Source: an uncultured Lachnospiraceae bacterium (lineage in GTDB: Bacteria > Bacillota > Clostridia > Lachnospirales > CAG-274). From it: a stretch of DNA of 64,000 bases. The notes under the pieces are model-generated. The model ran no database searches, was not told the origin of the DNA, and saw only the letters and a list, made by a program, of their open reading frames with translations. Of the stretch, positions 43,878 through 53,091 are shown piece by piece. Positions within the stretch are counted from its first letter, which is position 1; every line of letters starts with the position of its first letter. A program made the translations under genes and the position numbers. The stretch is from positions 633-64,632 of the forward strand of contig CAZGIC010000002.1 in the NCBI GenBank assembly GCA_964526435.1, given 5' to 3'.

Positions 43878-44900
43878 TTATCTTTCTCCGAGTTTAAGGC
43901 TTGGATAAGCGTTAAGTGACATATCTGCCACATTTCCTTTTAAAAATTCATAATAGCCTGCGGCACCGATCATGGCAGCATTATCAGTACAAAGCACAGG
44001 AGCGGGCACACAAAGTTCTATATTTTCTTTTTCACAGGCTTTTGCCATTTCTTCTCTAAGATGAGAGTTTGCTGAAACTCCTCCTGCAAGGGCAAGCTTA
44101 TTAAGATTAAGTTCCTTACAGGCTCTTATTGCTTTTTCAACAAGAACATCTACAACAGCCTGTTGAAAACTTGCGGCTATATCTTCATTTTTAAATTCTT
44201 CACCCTTCATTTTTGCTTTGTTTATATAGTTAAGGACTGCAGATTTCAGACCGCTGAAACTGAAATCATAGGTGTCATTTTCAAGTACAACTCTTGGAAA
44301 ATTAACTGCATCAGGATTTCCTTCTTTTGAAAGTCTGTCTATTTGGGGACCGCCCGGATATGTAAGCCCAAGAACTCTTGCTACTTTGTCATAGGCTTCA
44401 CCGGCTGCATCATCTCTTGTATGGCCCAGTATTTCAAAGCTGTTGTAGTCCTTAATGTGTACAAGATGAGTATGTCCGCCGCTTATTATTTCACATACAA
44501 AAGGGGGTTCCCAGTCCTTATTCTGAATATAGTTTGCAGCAATATGCCCTTCAATATGATGAACGGGAATTAAAGGCTTGTTAAGAGCAAATGCCAGAGC
44601 CTTTGCCTCAGAAAGTCCCACTAAAAGGGCACCTACAAGTCCCGGACCGTATGTAACGGCAATAGCATCAATATCTTTTTTGTCAACTCCCGCCTCATCA
44701 AGAGCGGCATCTATGACCCAGTCAATAGCTTCTATATGCTGTCTTGATGCTATTTCAGGTACAACACCGCCGTAAAGCTTATGTGTTGCAATTTGTGATG
44801 ATATTACATTTGAAAGTACTTTTCTGCCGTTTACGACAACAGCAGCAGATGTTTCATCACAGGAGCTTTCTATTGCAAGTATTGTTATATCCTTATTCAT
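43878..44900 (-). CDS. tsaD: tRNA N6-adenosine threonylcarbamoyltransferase
   Basis: Motifs [22 protein letters not shown] and GGVSAN. Confidence 0.9.
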   Translation of the reverse strand: MNKDITILAIESSCDETSAAVVVNGRKVLSNVISSQIATHKLYGGVVPEIASRQHIEAIDWVIDAALDEAGVDKKDIDAIAVTYGPGLVGALLVGLSEAKALAFALNKPLIPVHHIEGHIAANYIQNKDWEPPFVCEIISGGHTHLVHIKDYNSFEILGHTRDDAAGEAYDKVARVLGLTYPGGPQIDRLSKEGNPDAVNFPRVVLENDTYDFSFSGLKSAVLNYINKAKMKGEEFKNEDIAASFQQAVVDVLVEKAIRACKELNLNKLALAGGVSANSHLREEMAKACEKENIELCVPAPVLCTDNAAMIGAAGYYEFLKGNVADMSLNAYPSLKLGER

Positions 44901-45252
44901 TTTTTCTCACTCCAAATGTTAAACTGTATACTACAAAATAAATTCCCAGCACTGAAAATAAAACAGCTAAAAGCAGATTTAAATTTCCGCATTTAACAAA
45001 GTTATATTCAATATCCAGAGCCGTGTTGTAATATTTTCCGATAAAATTATATATACCAAAGTCTTTTAAAAATTGAATGATATAATTTTTTTCAATTGTA
45101 AGAGCCATTATAAGGCTTGAAATACAGCCGAAAATAAGAAAAGCAAGGGCAAAGGGACTGAGTTTTTTGTCAATGTCAATATTTTCGATTTTATTCATGA
45201 CAAGTTTTTCAAAATTTTCAGGAGGCAAACATTTATTGTTCATAGCCCTCAC
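44893..45252 (-). CDS. Putative anti-sigma factor / membrane protein
   Basis: 119 aa with two TM segments. It overlaps the sigma gene by 20 nt and tsaD by 8 nt. Confidence 0.5.
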   Translation of the reverse strand: MRAMNNKCLPPENFEKLVMNKIENIDIDKKLSPFALAFLIFGCISSLIMALTIEKNYIIQFLKDFGIYNFIGKYYNTALDIEYNFVKCGNLNLLLAVLFSVLGIYFVVYSLTFGVRKNE

Positions 45253-45781
45253 CTCTTTCCAAATCTATTTTAAGCTTTTTTCTTGCTCTGTAAATTCTGT
45301 TTTTGACTTTAGTTAAGGGAATATTCAAAATTTCTGCTATTTCGGCATATTTCATACCATAACTGTAATACATTACAAGAGGCAGTTTGTATTTATCTGA
45401 TAAACTGTCAATTGCAGAATTCAGTTTTTCTCTGTCCTCTTTTTTAAGGTATTCCTGTTCAGGCGAAACTGTCGTATGATGAAGATTATATTCGCTGTCT
45501 TCAATAGGAACGGTTTTTATTTTATTTTTACGCATATAATCTATTGTATGGTTTACAGCAATTCTTATTACCCATGTTGAAAAGCTGTAATCGGGATTAT
45601 ATCGTCCAAGATTTTTATATATTTTAACAAATATTTCCTGTGAAAGGTCAAGGGTATCTTCATAATTCCCTATTGCATTGTATACCTTTGAGAACACAAG
45701 ATTTTTGTATCTTGACACGATTTCAGAAAAAGCCTCTTTGTTGCCCTTAAGACATTCTTTGACAATTTCATAATCTGTCAT
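45233..45781 (-). CDS. ECF-type RNA polymerase sigma-70 factor
   Basis: 182 aa. Region 2 is DLSQEIFVKIYKNL..FSTWVIRIAVNHTIDYMRK. Region 4 is YAEIAEILNIPLTKVKNRIYRARKKL. Confidence 0.85.
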   Translation of the reverse strand: MTDYEIVKECLKGNKEAFSEIVSRYKNLVFSKVYNAIGNYEDTLDLSQEIFVKIYKNLGRYNPDYSFSTWVIRIAVNHTIDYMRKNKIKTVPIEDSEYNLHHTTVSPEQEYLKKEDREKLNSAIDSLSDKYKLPLVMYYSYGMKYAEIAEILNIPLTKVKNRIYRARKKLKIDLERGEGYEQ

Positions 45782-45807
45782 GGCAACACCTCTTTCAAAT
45801 GAAAAAC

Positions 45808-46725
45808 TTATTCATCATCAAACATAAGGGAAACTGTTTTCCTGTCTTTGCCTAAATAAGTATTTGCAAAAATGTCTCTTGCATTATTTATATACATTTC
45901 AGGAAATGGCATAGCAGGACTGAAATGAGTAAGCCACAGCTCCCTTACATTTCCTGCTTTTGCAAGTTTTGCAGCTTCAGAAAAAAGCATATGTTTGTAT
46001 TCTTTTGCCTTGGAAAGTTTTTCTTCTTCCCCATACATTCCTTCGCATATGAACAAATCAGAACCTTCTATAAACTCAGGTAATTTGTCTACAGGTCTTG
46101 TATCTGTACAGTAGGACACTGTGATCCCTCTTCTGCTGTCGCCCAAAACCATATCAGAGGTATATATTTTACCTTCATATTCAGTCTGAGGCTGTTTCTG
46201 GAGAACAGACCATATCTTTTTAGGTACATTAAGTTCTATTGCTTTTTCAACATTAAAACGCCCTGCACGTTTAACATCGACTCTGTAAGCATAGCATGTG
46301 ATTTTATGATTGACCTTAAGACTTTTTATATTAAACACTCCGGCATTTAATTCTTCATCAGGATCCAGTTCAACTATTTCTACAGGGAACGGAAGCTCCG
46401 GACATATAGCCTTTAATCCGTCATATATTTTAGAAAGTCCGTGGGGTCCGGCAAGAATAAGAGGTTCTGTTCTGAAAGAATTACCAATTGTTAAAAGAAG
46501 TCCGGGAAGTCCTGAAATGTGATCTGCATGATAATGTGTAAAACATACAATATCAATATTTTTAAATCCCCAGCCAAGCTGTTTCATTGTAACCTGTGTA
46601 CCCTCACCACAGTCAATAACCATCATTCTGCCCTCAAGCCTTAACATAAGGCTTGTCAGATGCCTTTCAGGCAGCGGCATCATTCCTCCCGTACCGAGCA
46701 ATGCAACATCAAGCATATTAATCAC
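45808..46725 (-). CDS. rnz: Ribonuclease Z
   Basis: 305 aa with an MBL fold. It carries LGTGGMMP, HYHADHISGLPGLL and a C-terminal THFS motif. Confidence 0.85.
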   Translation of the reverse strand: MINMLDVALLGTGGMMPLPERHLTSLMLRLEGRMMVIDCGEGTQVTMKQLGWGFKNIDIVCFTHYHADHISGLPGLLLTIGNSFRTEPLILAGPHGLSKIYDGLKAICPELPFPVEIVELDPDEELNAGVFNIKSLKVNHKITCYAYRVDVKRAGRFNVEKAIELNVPKKIWSVLQKQPQTEYEGKIYTSDMVLGDSRRGITVSYCTDTRPVDKLPEFIEGSDLFICEGMYGEEEKLSKAKEYKHMLFSEAAKLAKAGNVRELWLTHFSPAMPFPEMYINNARDIFANTYLGKDRKTVSLMFDDE

Positions 46726-46770
46726 CCTTCCACAAATAAGTGTCCTTTAACTTTATTCTGCATAAAATAA

Positions 46771-46791
46771 GGTGTGAGATCGACTCACACC
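46771..46791 (-). terminator. Probable terminator of yajC
   Basis: GGTGTGAG-loop-CTCACACC. The minus strand continues TTATTTTAT. Confidence 0.45.
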
Positions 46792-46820
46792 TGAAATTCA
46801 TACTTATCCTGATTTTGGAA

Positions 46821-47234
46821 TTAATTGCTTTCAGAACTTACATTAGGTGCCTTGTTACCGATAATTTCACTCTTCTTAACAGGAATTCTAACACCTCTGT
46901 TAGTACCAAATTCAACAGTAATAACCTGGTCATTTATTTCAGCAACTTTACCATAAAATCCGGAAGATGTAACTACATCATCGCCAACCTTAATAGATGC
47001 CTGCATTGCCTTTAACTCCTTGTCCCTCTTTCTTGAAGGTCTTATAGCAAGGAAATAAAAAATAGCAACAAGAGCTACAACGTAAATAATCAAACCAATT
47101 GTACCAAAACCTCCGCTTGACTGAGCTGCATCTGCTGCTTGTGTTGCTGCCTGAGTTGCTGCCTCTGATACAGTGTCACCTGCACTTTCCATAGTAACAG
47201 AAGGCCCGTCCAATAAAGACAATAATAAGTTCAT
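46821..47234 (-). CDS. yajC: Preprotein translocase subunit YajC, with an extended N-terminus
   Basis: Motifs IFYFLAIRPSRKRDKE and VGDDVVTSSGFYGKVAEI. Confidence 0.8.
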   Translation of the reverse strand: MNLLLSLLDGPSVTMESAGDTVSEAATQAATQAADAAQSSGGFGTIGLIIYVVALVAIFYFLAIRPSRKRDKELKAMQASIKVGDDVVTSSGFYGKVAEINDQVITVEFGTNRGVRIPVKKSEIIGNKAPNVSSESN

Positions 47235-47401
47235 TTCTTAATCTCTCCTATACATATATATTTATTTTATTTTACCAAATATAAAGAATATAGTCAAGGT
47301 ATTTAAGTTTAAAAAAATATTGAAAGTTACTGATAATGTCCTTTTGGTAACACTCTTAATGTCTTTTACATATATTACAACAGCAGTATGGAGGGCGAAA
47401 T

Positions 47402-48646
47402 ATGGGTTGCTATATTATTGAAGGAGGCAGCAGACTAAGCGGTGAGGTACGGATAAGCGGAGCAAAAAATGCTGTATTGCCAATACTTGCGGCAGCTGCG
47501 GCAAGAAAAGAAAGTACAATTAAAAATGTACCATTTCTATCAGATGTTTCAAATACACTGCAGATTTTAGAAAAGCTTGGTATGGATGTAAAAACAGAGA
47601 GCAACACAGTTACTATATTTAATAATATAAACAATACTGAGCCTGACAAAGATCTCAGCTGTAAAATGAGATCATCTGTATTATTTATGGGAGCTTTACT
47701 TGGAAAATACGGTGAAGTAACAATATACCAGCCGGGAGGCTGTCAGCTTGGATCAAGACCTATAGATGTTCATTTGTGGGCAATGGAACAGTTAGGAGCT
47801 GAAATAAAGCAAATCAATGACAAAATAATATGTAAGGGGAAGTTAAAAGGAGCTGAAATTAATTTACCCATAATATCGGTAGGTGCAACAGAGAATATAA
47901 TACTTGCCGCTATAAATGCAAAAGGAACAACAATTATAAATAATTCAGCAATGGAGCCTGAAATTGAAGATCTTATAAAATATCTTAATGAAAGCGGAGG
48001 AAATATAAGGAGGAAAAATAACACAATAGTGATAGAAGAAAGCCATGACAATAATTACTGCGAACACAGTATTATGCCTGATAGAATTGAAACAGGGACA
48101 TATATTGGAATGGCGGCGGCAACTGGAGGGGAGTTATTTATAAAAAATGTAAATCCTGATCATATTAAATTTATAATATCTTTATTTGAAAAAATCGGAT
48201 GTATAATAAAAACAGATTTCAACACAATATATATAGATGCCCCTTCTGAATTATATGCTGTTCCGGAAATTACAACACGACCTTACCCTTATTTTCCAAC
48301 AGATATGCAGCCTCAGTTTATGGCAGTTCTGGCAAAATCTAAAGGAAAATGTATTATAAATGAAACGTTGTTTTCAGCCAGAAATAAGCATATTCCCGAG
48401 CTTATAAAAATGGGAGCGGATATTGAGGAAATAACAGATTCTCAATTTAAAGTAAACGGCACAGATCGTCTTGAGGGTGCAGAACTTTATGCAAAAGATC
48501 TGAGGGGCGGAGCAGCTCTTGTAACAGCAGCTTTAAGTGCAGAGGGGAAAAGTGTAATATATGGAACTGAGCATATAATAAGAGGATATGAATCTTTATG
48601 TGCAAAGCTTACAGCAGCAGGTGGAAAAATAAAATTAATAAAATAA
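47402..48646 (+). CDS. murA: UDP-N-acetylglucosamine 1-carboxyvinyltransferase
   Basis: 414 aa with GAKNAVLPILAA and the active-site Cys in GGCQLGSRPID. Confidence 0.9.
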   Translation: MGCYIIEGGSRLSGEVRISGAKNAVLPILAAAAARKESTIKNVPFLSDVSNTLQILEKLGMDVKTESNTVTIFNNINNTEPDKDLSCKMRSSVLFMGALLGKYGEVTIYQPGGCQLGSRPIDVHLWAMEQLGAEIKQINDKIICKGKLKGAEINLPIISVGATENIILAAINAKGTTIINNSAMEPEIEDLIKYLNESGGNIRRKNNTIVIEESHDNNYCEHSIMPDRIETGTYIGMAAATGGELFIKNVNPDHIKFIISLFEKIGCIIKTDFNTIYIDAPSELYAVPEITTRPYPYFPTDMQPQFMAVLAKSKGKCIINETLFSARNKHIPELIKMGADIEEITDSQFKVNGTDRLEGAELYAKDLRGGAALVTAALSAEGKSVIYGTEHIIRGYESLCAKLTAAGGKIKLIK

Positions 48647-48886
48647 GTAAAAAACTTAATAAAATTAATTGCCTAGTGATTTGCTTGGTGTTAGCAATAG
48701 CTAACGACTTTAAATAATAATGATTATTATTTATTTAGGGTTTTTGTATTGACATAATATTAACATATGTGTTATTATAATGCTGTCAGAAATATAAATA
48801 TTCATAAGCACTGTTAATTAAATTTACAGAGTTTCTGACAGCGTTATTATTTACAACTTTTTTTATACGATTTGGAGGATTAAAAA

Positions 48887-50941
48887 ATGAATCAAGAATG
48901 GAATGGCTTTGTTAAAGGTGTCTGGCAAAAAGAAATTAATGTACGAGATTTTATTCAGAAAAATTATACACCTTATGACGGCGATGATTCCTTCCTTGCC
49001 GGTCCTACCAAGGCAACAGAAGAACTTTGGTCACAGGTAATGGATCTTTCAAAGAAGGAAATAGAGGCCGGCGGTGTCCTTGATATGGATACAAAAATTA
49101 TTTCAACTATTACATCTCATGATGCAGGATATTTAGATAAGTCAAAGGAAAAAATTGTAGGTTTCCAGACAGACAAGCCTTTTAAACGTTCATTACAGCC
49201 TTACGGTGGTATCAGAATGGCTGTTAAAGCATGTAAAGATAATGGTTATGAAGTTGATCCTGAAATTGTTGAGTTTTTTACAACTCACAGAAAAACACAT
49301 AATGCAGGTGTTTTTGATGCATATACAGATGAAATGAGAGCCTGCCGTTCAAGCCACATAATTACAGGACTTCCCGATGCTTATGGAAGAGGAAGAATTA
49401 TCGGCGACTATAGAAGAATTGCACTTTATGGTGTAGATAGACTTATTGAAGATAAAATCAATCAGAAGAAAACAACAAAGACAATAATGTTTTCTGAAGT
49501 TATAAGAGACAGAGAAGAGCTTTCAGAGCAGATAAGAGCTTTAGAGGATTTAAAGAAGCTTGGTGAGATTTACGGTTATGATATTTCAAGACCTGCAAAC
49601 AATGTTCAGGAAGCTATCCAGTGGCTGTATTTCGGATACCTTGCTGCAGTTAAGGAGCAGAACGGTGCCGCTATGTCATTAGGCAGAACATCAACATTTA
49701 TTGATATTTATGCTGAAAGAGATTTAAAGAACGGCACATTTACAGAAGAAGAAATACAGGAATTTGTTGACCACTTCATTATGAAGTTAAGACTTGTTAA
49801 GTTTGCAAGAACACCGGAATACAACGCATTATTCTCAGGAGACCCTACATGGGTAACAGAGTCAATAGGCGGTGTAGGTATTGACGGCAGACATATGGTT
49901 ACAAAGATGAGCTTCAGATACCTTCATACTTTACAGAATTTAGGTACAGCTCCTGAACCTAACTTGACAGTACTCTGGTCTACAAGACTTCCAATGAATT
50001 TTAAGAGATTTTGTGCAAAGACTTCAATTGAATCTTCATCAATACAGTATGAAAATGATGACCTTATGAGAGTTACACACGGTGATGACTATGCTATTGC
50101 CTGCTGTGTATCTTCAATGAGAGTAGGTAAGGAAATGCAGTTCTTCGGAGCAAGAGCAAACCTTGCAAAGTGCCTTCTCTATGCAATAAACGGTGGTGTT
50201 GATGAAATTACAAAGAAGCAGGTAGGTCCTAAATACAGACCAATTACATCTGAATATCTTGATTATGACGAAGTACTTGACAGATACAAGGATATGATGA
50301 AATGGCTTGCAGGAGTATATGTAAATGCTCTTAACATTATTCACTATATGCACGACAAGTATTGCTATGAAAAGCTTCAGATGGCTTTACATGACAGAGA
50401 GGTGACTCGTTGGTTTGCAACAGGTATTGCAGGTCTTTCAGTTGTTGCCGACTCACTTTCAGCTATTAAATATGCCAAAGTTAAGACAATAAGAGATGAG
50501 AACGGTATTGTTGTGGATTATGAAGTAGAGGGTGATTTCCCTAAGTACGGTAATGATGATGACAGAGTAGACTCAATTGCAGCCACACTTGTACATGAAT
50601 TTATGCAGTATGTAAAGAGTAATCACACATACAGACATGGTATTCCTACAACATCAATACTTACAATAACTTCTAATGTAGTTTACGGTAAGAATACAGG
50701 TTCAACACCTGACGGAAGAAAGGCAGGAGAGCCATTTGCTCCGGGTGCTAATCCAATGCACAGAAGAGATTCACATGGTGCAGTAGCTTCTCTTTCATCT
50801 GTATCTAAACTTCCTTTCAGAGATGCACAGGATGGTATATCAAATACATTCTCAATTATACCAAATGCTCTCGGAAAAGATGCAACTGTATTTGCAGGAG
50901 ATCTTGAAGTTGATTTAGATCTTAATTCAGAGGATAAGTAA
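48887..50941 (+). CDS. pflB: Pyruvate formate-lyase catalytic core, lacking the C-terminal glycyl-radical domain
   Basis: 684 aa. The catalytic Cys pair lies in [23 protein letters not shown]. The ORF ends ..[36 protein letters not shown], where canonical ~750-760-aa PflB runs on into the radical domain. Confidence 0.9.
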   Translation: MNQEWNGFVKGVWQKEINVRDFIQKNYTPYDGDDSFLAGPTKATEELWSQVMDLSKKEIEAGGVLDMDTKIISTITSHDAGYLDKSKEKIVGFQTDKPFKRSLQPYGGIRMAVKACKDNGYEVDPEIVEFFTTHRKTHNAGVFDAYTDEMRACRSSHIITGLPDAYGRGRIIGDYRRIALYGVDRLIEDKINQKKTTKTIMFSEVIRDREELSEQIRALEDLKKLGEIYGYDISRPANNVQEAIQWLYFGYLAAVKEQNGAAMSLGRTSTFIDIYAERDLKNGTFTEEEIQEFVDHFIMKLRLVKFARTPEYNALFSGDPTWVTESIGGVGIDGRHMVTKMSFRYLHTLQNLGTAPEPNLTVLWSTRLPMNFKRFCAKTSIESSSIQYENDDLMRVTHGDDYAIACCVSSMRVGKEMQFFGARANLAKCLLYAINGGVDEITKKQVGPKYRPITSEYLDYDEVLDRYKDMMKWLAGVYVNALNIIHYMHDKYCYEKLQMALHDREVTRWFATGIAGLSVVADSLSAIKYAKVKTIRDENGIVVDYEVEGDFPKYGNDDDRVDSIAATLVHEFMQYVKSNHTYRHGIPTTSILTITSNVVYGKNTGSTPDGRKAGEPFAPGANPMHRRDSHGAVASLSSVSKLPFRDAQDGISNTFSIIPNALGKDATVFAGDLEVDLDLNSEDK

Positions 50942-50963
50942 TTGATCTTAAAAGGATGATAAA

Positions 50964-51188
50964 ATGGAAGATAAAAGAATTGATGATTTAGTTTCATTAA
51001 TTGATAACTTTATGTCAAATGACGGTGGACATATGAATGTTACCGTCAATGAAAACGGCGAAGTTAAAACAGACGAAGAATACATCGATAAGGATGTTGT
51101 AACGCTGGGCTGTCTTGACTGTGCTGACAATATGGCTTGTTCAGTACCTACTCTTTTTGAAGGTATGGACAGAGATGAAAATAAATAA
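50964..51188 (+). CDS. 74-aa glycine-loop-less paralogue of the N-terminal part of the glycyl-radical domain
   Basis: IDDLVSLIDNFMSNDGGHMNVTVNENGE parallels [28 protein letters not shown] of the next ORF. It then diverges into an acidic stretch and GCLDCADNMACS. AAGGA lies 7 nt upstream of the ATG. Confidence 0.5.
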   Translation: MEDKRIDDLVSLIDNFMSNDGGHMNVTVNENGEVKTDEEYIDKDVVTLGCLDCADNMACSVPTLFEGMDRDENK

Positions 51189-51214
51189 CATTAAAAATAT
51201 AAGGAGGATTTTAT

Positions 51215-51454
51215 ATGGCTAACGAGCAGCAGATTGATAATTTAGTTAATATTCTTGATGGCTATGCAGAAAAAGGTGGTCATCATTTAAATGTAAATGT
51301 ATTTACAAAGGAAACTTTGCTTGATGCACAGGCTCATCCTGAAAAATATCCACAGCTTACAGTAAGAGTTTCAGGATATGCTGTAAACTTTAATAAACTT
51401 ACAAAGGAACAGCAGGACGAGGTTATTTCAAGAACTTTCCACGATAATATTTAA
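51215..51454 (+). CDS. Free-standing glycyl-radical domain protein (GrcA/YfiD-like), equivalent to the C-terminal ~70 aa of PflB
   Basis: 79 aa with GGHHLNVNV and [34 protein letters not shown] (glycyl-radical signature RVSGYAV). AAGGAGG lies 7 nt upstream of the ATG. Confidence 0.85.
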   Translation: MANEQQIDNLVNILDGYAEKGGHHLNVNVFTKETLLDAQAHPEKYPQLTVRVSGYAVNFNKLTKEQQDEVISRTFHDNI

Positions 51455-51462
51455 ATTTTTTT

Positions 51463-51491
51463 AAAAGGCGGTTTACTAACCGCCTTTTTTG
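51463..51491 (+). terminator. Rho-independent terminator between the radical-domain ORF and pflA
   Basis: AAAAGGCGG-TTTACTAA-CCGCCTTTTTT. Confidence 0.7.
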
Positions 51492-51538
51492 GTTTATACT
51501 AGTAAGAAAAGGTTATTAATAAAACAGGAGATGACAAT

Positions 51539-52282
51539 ATGAAAGGTCACATACATTCCCTTGAAAGTTTTGGAAGTGTGGACGGGCCTGGTATACGTTT
51601 TGTTGTATTTTTTAAGGGTTGTCCAATGAGGTGCAAATACTGTCACAATCCCGATACATGGGAGCCCGGAGGCGGTACTGAAATGACAGTTGATGAAATA
51701 ATCGATGGTTTTAACAGAAACAGGGCTTTTTATAAAAACGGAGGAATAACAGCTACAGGGGGCGAACCCCTTATGCAGATCGATTTTGTAACAGAGCTTT
51801 TTAAAAGGTGTAAGGAGGAAAATATACACACATGTCTTGATACTTCAGGCATTACATTTACTCCTGATAATACAGTAAAGTTTGATGGGCTTATTAAATA
51901 CACAGATCTTGTAATGCTTGACATAAAACATATTGACCCTGTGGAACACATTAAACTTACGGAACAGAAGAATGACAATATTATTGAATTTGCAAGGTAC
52001 CTTGACAAAAATAACATACCTATGTGGATACGTCATGTAGTTGTACCGGGAATAACAGATGATACAAATTATCTTTTCAGGCTTGGTGAATTTATAGGTA
52101 CATTAAAGAACGCAAAAGCTCTTGATGTACTTCCCTACCACACAATGGGCGTTAAAAAGTACGAAGCATTAGGTATGGAATATCCTCTTAAGGGTGTTGA
52201 GGCAATGGATAAGAATAAGGCAGTAGAATGTAAAAAGGTAATATTAAACGGTGTAAGAAAGGCAAGACAGGAAAGAAAATAA
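51539..52282 (+). CDS. pflA: Pyruvate formate-lyase activating enzyme (radical SAM)
   Basis: Motifs GSVDGPGIRFVVFFKGCPMRCKYCHNPD and GGEPL. Confidence 0.9.
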   Translation: MKGHIHSLESFGSVDGPGIRFVVFFKGCPMRCKYCHNPDTWEPGGGTEMTVDEIIDGFNRNRAFYKNGGITATGGEPLMQIDFVTELFKRCKEENIHTCLDTSGITFTPDNTVKFDGLIKYTDLVMLDIKHIDPVEHIKLTEQKNDNIIEFARYLDKNNIPMWIRHVVVPGITDDTNYLFRLGEFIGTLKNAKALDVLPYHTMGVKKYEALGMEYPLKGVEAMDKNKAVECKKVILNGVRKARQERK

Positions 52283-52284
52283 AA

Positions 52285-52989
52285 ATGGAAAACTTTATTA
52301 TAAACTACTTTGAGAAACTGAATATTGCAATTGACATAAAAAAGGCAGAGCAGTTTGCTGTCTATAAGAATATGCTGGCTGAATGGAACAAGGTAATGAA
52401 TCTTACAGGAATAACAGAGGACAGAGAAGTAATTATCAAACACTTTGCAGACAGTGTTATGCCCCTTACCTTAGTTGATTTTAAAGATAAAAGTGTAATT
52501 GATGTAGGTACAGGTGCCGGTTTTCCGGGACTTCCATTGAAAATTGCTGAACCGTCAATTAAACTTACTCTTTTGGACTCTCTTTTAAAAAGACTTAACT
52601 TCCTTGAAAATGTCTGTCAAAATATAGGTGTAGATGCCAAGTTTGTACACGGAAGAGCAGAGGAACTGGGAAATGATATAAATTATAGGGAGCAGTATGA
52701 CATTGCTGTATCAAGAGCTGTAGCTCCTTTAAACATTCTTATGGAATATGATATGCCTTATGTTAAAACAGGGGGAGTTATGATAGCTCTTAAGGGTCCT
52801 GCTGCTTATGATGAAATAGAGCAGGCAAAAAATGCAGTAAAGGAACTTGGGGGAGAGATTGAAAGAACAGAGGAAATTATACTGCCTGAAACAGACCTTA
52901 AACATACAATAGTAATAATAAAAAAAATAAGCTCTACCCCTGAAAAATATCCGAGAAGAGCTAAAAAAATCGAGAGAAGTCCCTTGTAA
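52285..52989 (+). CDS. rsmG: 16S rRNA (guanine527-N7)-methyltransferase
   Basis: 234 aa with WNKVMNLTGI and DVGTGAGFPGLPLKI. It starts 2 nt after the pflA stop. Confidence 0.9.
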   Translation: MENFIINYFEKLNIAIDIKKAEQFAVYKNMLAEWNKVMNLTGITEDREVIIKHFADSVMPLTLVDFKDKSVIDVGTGAGFPGLPLKIAEPSIKLTLLDSLLKRLNFLENVCQNIGVDAKFVHGRAEELGNDINYREQYDIAVSRAVAPLNILMEYDMPYVKTGGVMIALKGPAAYDEIEQAKNAVKELGGEIERTEEIILPETDLKHTIVIIKKISSTPEKYPRRAKKIERSPL

Positions 52990-53054
52990 AAAATATGTTT
53001 TTGTCAGCTGATTTTGCTGTATACTGCATTTGAATCAATTTGTAATTAGAATTA

Positions 53055-53089
53055 TAGAGAGGTACAGACAAATGATCTGTACCTCTCTA
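53055..53089. terminator. Bidirectional terminator
   Basis: TAGAGAGGTACAGA-CAAATGA-TCTGTACCTCTCTA followed by TTTT. Confidence 0.65.
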
Positions 53090-53091
53090 TT

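Noticed and set aside
48647-48886. ZTP ('pfl motif') riboswitch upstream of pflB, and a purine riboswitch upstream of purK (40184-40383).
   Set aside because: Neither leader contains the conserved GC-rich cores. The ZTP core CCGCCTGGGC / GGGTCGTGAC and the purine-riboswitch loop/junction motifs are absent. Both regions are almost pure A/T.
50942-51214. Whether the gap between the PFL core and the radical domain is a group I intron, an intein or a programmed frameshift site.
   Set aside because: The interval is AT-rich and coding-like, with its own RBS and ORF. I see no intein blocks (no Cys/Ser/Thr at +1, no HN-Cys junction). No slippery heptamer precedes the stop, and no obvious P1-P9-type paired elements are present. 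The downstream ORF has an excellent independent RBS. An intron is not formally excluded without cmsearch.
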